Source: a virus
Taxonomy: Duplodnaviria > Caudoviricetes
DNA length: 30,947 nt
Virus record (IMG/VR): IMGVR_UViG_3300036850_000123
Location: 1-30,947 of that record
Reading direction: 5' to 3' (one strand)
Of the stretch, positions 1 through 6,366 are shown piece by piece; the stretch's first letter is position 1; the number at the start of each line of letters is the position of its first letter. A program made the translations under genes and the position numbers. A model generated the notes under the pieces. That model was not told the origin of the DNA. It saw only the letters and a program-made list of their open reading frames with translations, and ran no database searches.

Positions 1-1
1 G

Positions 2-397
2 GTCTTGATGGACGTCCAAGTCGGGGCTGTTGACTGGGTCGAAGAGCTACGCGAGCGGCCCGGGTCAGTGGTCCTCGTCGACGTGACGTGGCCCGTGTGG
101 AACCCAGCCCAAATCATCGAGCTGGAGCCAGGCGGGCGCGAGTACTGGTCCAACCCCGAAAACCAGCGCGCAGCCCACCGGATCCTCCTCGCGGCAGACG
201 GTCTCACAACACCACACCCCGCATACACCGACCGGTTGCTGGACTTCAACGAGCAGGTGTTCGTGCTCCCCGATCTTGACGAAGACCGCGACGAGTCGTG
301 CACCGATTTCACAGTCCGGCTGAACGCGGCTTGGCACACTGCCGCGGAGGCAAAAGGCGAACGCCTTCGCGGCGCGAACGTCCCGTCACAGCCATGA
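2..397 (+). CDS. hypothetical protein, possibly 5'-truncated; weak resemblance to the N-terminal half of phage GT-B glycosyltransferases
   Basis: The frame is open from the window edge (TTG 5, ATG 8) with GC3-rich codons. The segment 'ILLAADGLTTPHPAYTDRLLDFNEQVFVLPD' recalls the 'AD.vt.tt..l...l..fn..v.vlpn' pattern of phage GT4-like proteins. Confidence 0.5.
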   Translation, partial: VLMDVQVGAVDWVEELRERPGSVVLVDVTWPVWNPAQIIELEPGGREYWSNPENQRAAHRILLAADGLTTPHPAYTDRLLDFNEQVFVLPDLDEDRDESCTDFTVRLNAAWHTAAEAKGERLRGANVPSQP

Positions 398-421
398 ACT
401 AGCGGGCGCGAGGAAAGTGAT

Positions 422-640
422 TTGAGGTTGGGTGGTCGGGGAGGGGCGAACGCATCCGGCCTCGCCTTCACGTGGCAGGGCTTCGTCTGGTGTGTGCTCG
501 TCCTCGTCGTGCTGCTCGCGCTGGGATGGTGGGCTGAACGGCGCTGGAAGGCCGGCCGCAAGGCGTCCCGCTACGTCCAGGACGAGCGCGGCCGAATGGT
601 GCGGGTCAAGGAGAAGGACTCCAACACGTCTGGTAAGTGA
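422..640 (+). CDS. small membrane protein
   Basis: One hydrophobic helix (FVWCVLVLVVLLALGWW) followed by a basic tail. Purine-rich GAGGAAAG lies upstream of the TTG start. Confidence 0.55.
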   Translation: MRLGGRGGANASGLAFTWQGFVWCVLVLVVLLALGWWAERRWKAGRKASRYVQDERGRMVRVKEKDSNTSGK

Positions 641-674
641 TCGTTGTCTATTGCCTGACCTGCACCAATACCGT
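639..674 (+). promoter_or_regulatory. phage promoter-like motif copy 1: GATCGTTGTC-N20-TACCGT
   Basis: One of four copies with identical spacing. It lies 8 nt before ATG 683, which lacks an SD, consistent with a near-leaderless transcript. Confidence 0.65.
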
Positions 675-682
675 CCCGAGCC

Positions 683-1333
683 ATGGCCGCATCCCCCGTT
701 ACCGGTCCAGCACCGGATCCCCTCATCGCAGACCCCCGCTACATCGACCCCGCCGTGCTCGCCAAGTTCGACACCCTCTGCTCCCGCATGGGACTCGTCG
801 CCGACGCTGTGAACGCATTCGACGACACGAGCCTTCGCGAGCGAGCTTTCTACGAGCTCGTCGGCATCATCAATCCAAGCCCCGTAGAGCCGGAGCCTGT
901 CGATGTAATCGCACAGCCACAACCGGCGTACCCCGACCGCGACTTCGCCATCCGGCAGATCGGCGAACTAAGCGCGTGGGTGATCGAGAAGGCGCCGACC
1001 GCGTGGCGGGAAGGCGTTCGTTTCCACGAGTCGACCGCGGCGAACGTCATTGACATGCTTGTCCGTGGCGCCGAGGCATGGACGCAGATCCTGCTGGTCA
1101 AGCATGCCCTGATGACCGCCGGCGGGTTCTCCGCCGAGCAGGTCGACGGCGACTTGGTGCCGCTGATCCGCGAAATGGCCGCCGACACGCCGGTGTCGCC
1201 GGAAGTGGAGGAGTTGGCGTTGCGCCTTCAGTCGCAGGCGCGGCCGGGCGAGACGGCACCCCAGGTGGCGTTGCGGCTGATGCGGGAACTTCAGGTGGAC
1301 AAGGTCGACGACCGGGAGCACGCCGGTGAGTGA
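683..1333 (+). CDS. hypothetical phage protein (216 aa)
   Basis: GC3-biased codons, helical composition, and overlap with the next gene start. Confidence 0.7.
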   Translation: MAASPVTGPAPDPLIADPRYIDPAVLAKFDTLCSRMGLVADAVNAFDDTSLRERAFYELVGIINPSPVEPEPVDVIAQPQPAYPDRDFAIRQIGELSAWVIEKAPTAWREGVRFHESTAANVIDMLVRGAEAWTQILLVKHALMTAGGFSAEQVDGDLVPLIREMAADTPVSPEVEELALRLQSQARPGETAPQVALRLMRELQVDKVDDREHAGE

Positions 1334-1622
1334 CCTGCTGACCCAAGCCGAACACAACGCCGTCATCACTGCGGCGCTGCTCGCCGAGCAGGTCGCCGAG
1401 ATCGCTGCGGACGGGCCGTCCCGTGACGCCGACATCGCCGAGGCCGCCCACCACATCCACGCCGTCCAGCGGATGATCCTTGCCCAGGCGGCGGCCCGCG
1501 CCTACCCCGAGCGGTATCGGCTTCTCGGAGGGACCGTCGCGGCGTCCAAGTCTGCTTCGGGGCGGCCGACGTCGATCACCGAGGCGATCCGGGCGTACAA
1601 GGAGCGGACGGGAACCTCGTGA
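1326..1622 (+). CDS. hypothetical phage protein (98 aa)
   Basis: GGGAG SD before the GTG start, GTGA overlap with the next gene, and a helical segment 'HHIHAVQRMILAQAAARAYP'. Confidence 0.75.
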   Translation: MSDLLTQAEHNAVITAALLAEQVAEIAADGPSRDADIAEAAHHIHAVQRMILAQAAARAYPERYRLLGGTVAASKSASGRPTSITEAIRAYKERTGTS

Positions 1623-2206
1623 ACGCGTGGCTGACCATCCTGCTGATCTTCACCGCCACCCATCGACTTACCCGTTTGGCGATCAAGGACGAGGTGCCGA
1701 TCGTCAAGGTGCCCCGCGACGCAATCATCCGCTTCCTCGACCCAACCCCGGAACAGATCGTCGCCGAGCCAGGGTTGAAGGGCCATTGGAACGGCCGCCA
1801 GACGAACACGGGTCTGTTCGTGATGGCCATTCTCGTGCTGATTGCCGGGGCCGCTGTCACCGCCGCCTTGCTTGCCGACGGATCCGCCGGCTGGGCGGCG
1901 GCCGTCGTCACCGTCACCGTGTTGGCCGCGGTCATGCTCGGCATCATCGGAGCCGGCGACAGTGGCTCGACCCTCGCCTATCTACTTGAATGCCCTTGGT
2001 GCATGTCGGCGTGGGTTGGTGGCGCCGTGGTGCTCGTGGCCAGCCAGATCATCGCCGTCCAGGCGCCGTTCCTCGTGTGGATCGCCGCATCCACGGTTAC
2101 CGGCCTGGTCGGGAACTACGAGGTCCGGCACGACCAGAAGCAAGAGCTGGCGGAGATTGAGAAGCGGCGGGCGCTCGCCGCCGAACTACGGGAGGGACGC
2201 CGATGA
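1619..2206 (+). CDS. DUF1360-like multi-pass membrane protein
   Basis: N-terminal 'ATHRLTRL..KD' and 'LLECPWCMSAWVG' motifs, several TM segments, and a position just upstream of the portal. Confidence 0.75.
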   Translation: MNAWLTILLIFTATHRLTRLAIKDEVPIVKVPRDAIIRFLDPTPEQIVAEPGLKGHWNGRQTNTGLFVMAILVLIAGAAVTAALLADGSAGWAAAVVTVTVLAAVMLGIIGAGDSGSTLAYLLECPWCMSAWVGGAVVLVASQIIAVQAPFLVWIAASTVTGLVGNYEVRHDQKQELAEIEKRRALAAELREGRR

Positions 2207-2373
2207 TCTGCCGATCCTGCCGTGCTGCCGCCGACGCCGGGGTTGACGACGACACCCCGCGCCCTGATGAGGTGCTGCTCGGCGTGTATCAGCGAGATCT
2301 GCACAACCAGTGTCGGGGCGGAGGCTGGTGCGATTGTCAGCACCGCGCCCGAGAGTCGGAGCCGGAGCGATGA
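2203..2373 (+). CDS. 56-aa Cys/His putative Zn-binding protein (not in ORF track)
   Basis: Translates as MICRSCRAAADAGVDDDTPRPDEVLLGVYQRDLHNQCRGGGWCDCQHRARESEPER. It has ATGA overlaps at both ends and a GGGAGGG SD. Confidence 0.75.
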   Translation: MICRSCRAAADAGVDDDTPRPDEVLLGVYQRDLHNQCRGGGWCDCQHRARESEPER

Positions 2374-2867
2374 CCGGGATCGCGAGGAACGCGCCGTGGG
2401 AGTGGTTCAACGCCAACGACCTCCCCAACCGGATCCCGGTCGACGCTGAACTGCACGTTGATCAGGACGCGGGAACGATCACGGTCGAGGTATTCGCGGT
2501 CGACGAGCAGGGCCGCACCGTGTTCCACGGCAACGTTGGCATGATGACCCGCGTCGAGACGTTCCTCTTGAAGGTGCCCCCACCGGCTGGTCTATTGGAG
2601 GCGTACCAGCAAACCGTGCGGCGGCTACGCCGAGAACAGGACGCGGCGACGGCGATCCGGTACGAAACCGCGCAGGCGCTGATCGAACGACTCATCCTCG
2701 ACCCAGCAAAGGTGTACGAGGCGTTGGACCTGTCGTCGCCGACCCAATGGTCCGCACACGGGCACCTCGCGCGACGGTTACCCTCCTGTGTCCTTCCCTC
2801 GGCCGCCGCGCACCAAGAAGTGGACGGCTTCACGGATGCGGATGCGCCCGAGCATGGCCAGCGATAG
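2370..2867 (+). CDS. hypothetical protein (165 aa, start MTGIARNAPW)
   Basis: ATGA coupling at 2370 and GGAG upstream; this start is preferred over the GTG at 2310. Confidence 0.65.
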   Translation: MTGIARNAPWEWFNANDLPNRIPVDAELHVDQDAGTITVEVFAVDEQGRTVFHGNVGMMTRVETFLLKVPPPAGLLEAYQQTVRRLRREQDAATAIRYETAQALIERLILDPAKVYEALDLSSPTQWSAHGHLARRLPSCVLPSAAAHQEVDGFTDADAPEHGQR

Positions 2868-3057
2868 CGAGGATGCGTTTGTCGTCTCCGTAGCTGCCGG
2901 CGCCATCCAGCAAGCCTGGTGCTCTACCTGCCTGAAGCCGTCTCAGGTGACGGTGGAGATTCTGGCGCTCGGCGAGGACGGCTTCGGCCCGATTGGCGAG
3001 GTGTCGGGCTGCACGGACTGCGGCACGGGCGTCTTCGCCGATGACGAAACCGACTGA
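2854..3057 (+). CDS. small Zn-ribbon-like protein (67 aa)
   Basis: Two CxxC pairs (WCSTC, GCTDC); start MASDSED at ATG 2854. Confidence 0.6.
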   Translation: MASDSEDAFVVSVAAGAIQQAWCSTCLKPSQVTVEILALGEDGFGPIGEVSGCTDCGTGVFADDETD

Positions 3058-3152
3058 ACCCCAACGAGCGGACGCCGTGGTTCGTGGTCGCCCTCTACGT
3101 GGTGACGATCGTCGGCGGCATGGTCTGGGCGCTCATTGCCCTGCTCGTCTGA
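3054..3152 (+). CDS. putative 32-aa single-TM micro-protein with CTG start
   Basis: Translates as (L/M)NPNERTPWFVVALYVVTIVGGMVWALIALLV. The CTGA overlaps the upstream stop and the ORF ends just before promoter copy 2. Confidence 0.4.
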   Translation: MNPNERTPWFVVALYVVTIVGGMVWALIALLV

Positions 3153-3154
3153 GC

Positions 3155-3190
3155 GACCGTCGTCTATCGCCGTTCGGCAGCCCTTAACCT
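3155..3190 (+). promoter_or_regulatory. phage promoter-like motif copy 2: GACCGTCGTC-N20-TAACCT
   Basis: Intergenic position upstream of the Cys-rich gene and the portal/protease genes; same spacing as the other copies. Confidence 0.7.
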
Positions 3191-3236
3191 TCCGCCAGCC
3201 AAGCCGGCCAGAGCGGATCACGGGGGTGAGAAGGCG

Positions 3237-3503
3237 ATGCCGGACCAGCCCAGCGCGCCCGTGAACTGCCCCTCCTGCCAGGACACCGGCCATGTCTGCG
3301 AAAACCATCCCACCCTGCTTTGGGGTGGACTCTGCTGTAACGACGCCGCGATCCATGGGGTGAACTGCGTCCACGGCGCCTGCGGCTGCGGCGGTATGGG
3401 TATGCCTTGCCGAGCGTGCTGCACCCCACTCGCTGAGGACGGCACCCACTTCGCCGGTGGCACCTTCGTTCCGGATCACCTACGGGCGGCACCGAGTGCC
3501 TGA
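3237..3503 (+). CDS. Cys-rich putative metal-binding protein (88 aa)
   Basis: Pattern CPSCQDTGHVCENHP...CC...C...ACGCGGMGMPCRACC; GAGAAGG upstream; overlaps the portal start. Confidence 0.7.
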   Translation: MPDQPSAPVNCPSCQDTGHVCENHPTLLWGGLCCNDAAIHGVNCVHGACGCGGMGMPCRACCTPLAEDGTHFAGGTFVPDHLRAAPSA

Positions 3504-6360
3504 CCGTCTCCGCACACCCGCGCCCCCACCCGTCGACACCCTCGTCGCCTCGGCGCGGGTGATGCAGCAGGCGCAGGGCTCCTCGGCTGACCGGCTGTTC
3601 CAGTACGAGTCGTGGCAGACCGAAGCGTGGACGTTTCTGGACAGCCTCGGCGAGTTCCAGTACGCCGTCGACTGGCTGGCCAACGCCCTTTCCCGCGTCC
3701 GGCTGACCGCCGCCGAACTCGTGCCAGGCGGCGACGAACCCGAGCCGCTCGAAGACGGGGCCGCAGCTGCCCTTGTCGAGCAGATGGGAGGCGGGATCGC
3801 CGGCCACGCAGCAATCATGAAGTCCCTCGCCGTGCAACTCTCGGTACCCGGCGAGGGCTGGCTGGTCGCCGAACGCGCCGACCCTCGGATCCCGCTCGCG
3901 CAGGCGGACTGGTCGGTCAAGTCGACGGACGAGATCCGGCCCGGCCGCGGCAAGGCAGGCGGCTACGAGATCCGGGTCGACGACAACCGGTGGGAGCCGC
4001 TCGGCCAGGAGTCGCTGCCGGTCCGGGTTTGGAACCCGAACCCCCGCTACTCGTGGAAGGCAACGAGCGCAGCCAAGGCAGCCATCCCGATCATGCGGAC
4101 CGTGGAACTCCTGAACCGGCGCATCATCGCCACCCTCGTGTCCCGGCTTGCGATGAATGGTCTCCTGCTGATCCCGCAGGAGCACACGATCAACACCCCG
4201 TCGGTGTACCAGGACGCTGATGACCCGTTCGTGGCGATGCTCCTCGACATCGCCGGCAAGAACATCCGCGAGCCGGGCTCCGCAACGGCGTCGATCCCGA
4301 TCCCGATCAAGTTCGCGGGTGACGGCATTGAGAAGTGGAAGCACCTCACGTTCGGCGATGGTGTCGACAAGGAGCTGATCGAGGAGCGGGAAAAGGAACT
4401 CGGGCGACTCGCGACCACGCTCAACCTCCCGGCCGAAGTTCTCAAGGGCATCGGGTCAACGAACCATTGGTGCGTCGACGACAAGACGGAGATCCTGACC
4501 GAGGTGGGATGGGTCACCCACGACAGGCTCGCGCCCGGCGACACCGTCCTCACCTTGAATCACGAGACCGGGCTCTCAGAGTGGCAACCGGTTGGCGCGG
4601 TCAAACGCTGGGATGTCACCGACCTGGAGATGGTGTCGATTGAGGGCCGGTATCACTCGTCGCTAACCACACCAAACCATCGGTGGCCAATCTTGCGCGG
4701 CTCCCGCATCGCCAGCCGGGAGCGCATGTTCACCACCTCCGACTCCCTCGCCGCGAACGACTTCCTCGTGACCGGCGCTCCCTGCGCCGACCTCCCGACC
4801 CAGGCCAAGTTCGACGACGCATTCGTTGAACTGATGGCCTGGTACTTCACCGAAGGCACCTGCGCCCGACGCCCGGGTCGGACCACGCCGCGGGTGAGCA
4901 TCTATCAGTCGGCCGTTGCGAACCCCGACAATGTGGCTCGGATCCGTCGGGCGCTGACCGCTCTCTACGGGCCTCCCACGGACGGACCGCTGGACAGTGG
5001 CGGCCGCCGTGCCACCGATGAGACGTTGCGTCGCCGCGAAACCGAAGCCAGCATGCGCGCAGCAGGGCGAACCGTCGCGGAGATCGCTGTAGCAGTCGGC
5101 GTAAGTAAGGCCCAGGTCTACAAGGACCTCCGAATCGCTGCAGGCGAACTCACTCCCCGCGAGCGGGTGACGGCCCCGCGGTGGAACATGAATTCCTCCG
5201 ATACCTCGATGGTCGTTTTTAGGCTGAACGCAGTCGCGGGTGCCCCGTTCACCGAGATCGCCCCGGACCGGGTAGTGCCGCTCACGTTCGTGCGGGACCT
5301 GACCGCTGCTCAACTCGATCTGTTCATTGACACGGCGGTCCGCGGCGATGGCCATCTTATGGGTGGACGCACTCGCCTACTTGGCCAGAAGGACCCACGG
5401 ATGCTTGCGGCGTTTGAACTTGCCGCCATCCTGTCAGGCCGTTCGGTGACCAATCGGGCGAACGAGACGAACGGATTTACCAGGCACAACGCCCACTACG
5501 TGTCGGTCCGCGAGCGGACGGTATTCCGGCCCAGCAGGAGTCAGCCAAGCCGGCCGAACAACAACTTCTCGCCACAGACCTACACCGGCGTGATCTGGTG
5601 TCCGACTACGCAGAATCAAACTTGGCTGGCTCGACGTAACGGCAGCGTCTACTTCACTGGCAACACCGCTTGGCAACTTGAGGAAAGCGGCATCAAGCTA
5701 CACATTTCCCCGGTCGCGGAACTCATCGCCGGTGGCCTGACGGTCGGTTACCTCCAGCCCATGTTGAAGGCGCTCAACGCTGATCCGGTCGGGCCGAACG
5801 GCGGGAAGCTGATCGTCTGGTATGACACCAGCGAGTTGACTGCCCGCCCTGACAAGTCCGAGAAGGCGATGCAGGCGTACGACCGCGGTGAAGCGTCCGG
5901 TGTTGCCCTGCGTCGCGAGTCCGGCCTTGACGAGGGCGACAAGCCGAGCAAGGACGAACTGCGCGAGCAGCTGCTGATCGCGCTCGTTCAAGCCGGCAAT
6001 GCCGAGGCGTACACCGCCCTGACCGGCGAATCTCTCACCCCCTCCCAGCCTGGTGCTGGGTCTCAGGTTCCGGTTCCCGGCGGGCGGCAGCCCAGCGGCC
6101 CGGGCGGCGCAACGGGCGATGCTCCATCACCTGATGTGCCCGCGCCGACGCCGGGAACCGGTGCACGCACACCCCCACCCACCCGCGACGTCGCGCCTCC
6201 GCCGCCTGGCCCGGACACCCCGGCGGCGGCAATGCAGGCGCTGCGCACCCGGCTCGGGCCGGTCCTGTCACGGCAGGTGGTTGGTACCGGCCGGCGCTCG
6301 CCACCCCCCTACGTGAACGGACACAACGGGCACAGCAGGGACGGACCGAAGGAGCGGTAG
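3496..6360 (+). CDS. portal protein (cluster-B-like actinophage type) interrupted by an intein
   Basis: Motifs 'WQTEAW..D.LGEF.YAVDWLANALSRVRL', 'LSVPGEGWL' and 'SRLAMNGLLLIPQE', plus 'NHW|TAWQLEE..IKLHI.P' rejoined across the intein. Pro-rich C-terminal tail. Likely start is GTG 3496. Confidence 0.85.
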   Translation: MPDRLRTPAPPPVDTLVASARVMQQAQGSSADRLFQYESWQTEAWTFLDSLGEFQYAVDWLANALSRVRLTAAELVPGGDEPEPLEDGAAAALVEQMGGGIAGHAAIMKSLAVQLSVPGEGWLVAERADPRIPLAQADWSVKSTDEIRPGRGKAGGYEIRVDDNRWEPLGQESLPVRVWNPNPRYSWKATSAAKAAIPIMRTVELLNRRIIATLVSRLAMNGLLLIPQEHTINTPSVYQDADDPFVAMLLDIAGKNIREPGSATASIPIPIKFAGDGIEKWKHLTFGDGVDKELIEEREKELGRLATTLNLPAEVLKGIGSTNHWCVDDKTEILTEVGWVTHDRLAPGDTVLTLNHETGLSEWQPVGAVKRWDVTDLEMVSIEGRYHSSLTTPNHRWPILRGSRIASRERMFTTSDSLAANDFLVTGAPCADLPTQAKFDDAFVELMAWYFTEGTCARRPGRTTPRVSIYQSAVANPDNVARIRRALTALYGPPTDGPLDSGGRRATDETLRRRETEASMRAAGRTVAEIAVAVGVSKAQVYKDLRIAAGELTPRERVTAPRWNMNSSDTSMVVFRLNAVAGAPFTEIAPDRVVPLTFVRDLTAAQLDLFIDTAVRGDGHLMGGRTRLLGQKDPRMLAAFELAAILSGRSVTNRANETNGFTRHNAHYVSVRERTVFRPSRSQPSRPNNNFSPQTYTGVIWCPTTQNQTWLARRNGSVYFTGNTAWQLEESGIKLHISPVAELIAGGLTVGYLQPMLKALNADPVGPNGGKLIVWYDTSELTARPDKSEKAMQAYDRGEASGVALRRESGLDEGDKPSKDELREQLLIALVQAGNAEAYTALTGESLTPSQPGAGSQVPVPGGRQPSGPGGATGDAPSPDVPAPTPGTGARTPPPTRDVAPPPPGPDTPAAAMQALRTRLGPVLSRQVVGTGRRSPPPYVNGHNGHSRDGPKER
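4471..5664 (+). mobile_element. intein (398 aa) with LAGLIDADG-type homing endonuclease and inserted HTH
   Basis: Starts CVDDKTEILTEVGW; block B TPNHRW; LAGLIDADG-like ELMAWYFTEG (4828-4857) and LFIDTAVRGDG (5320-5352); block F IWCPTT; ends YFTGN followed by Thr at +1. Confidence 0.92.
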
Positions 6361-6366
6361 GAGCGG

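Noticed and set aside
637-1053. Alternative ORF MIVVYCLTC...
   Set aside because: Arg/Pro-rich off-frame composition. It overlaps the better 683-1333 gene, and its 5' end coincides with promoter motif copy 1.
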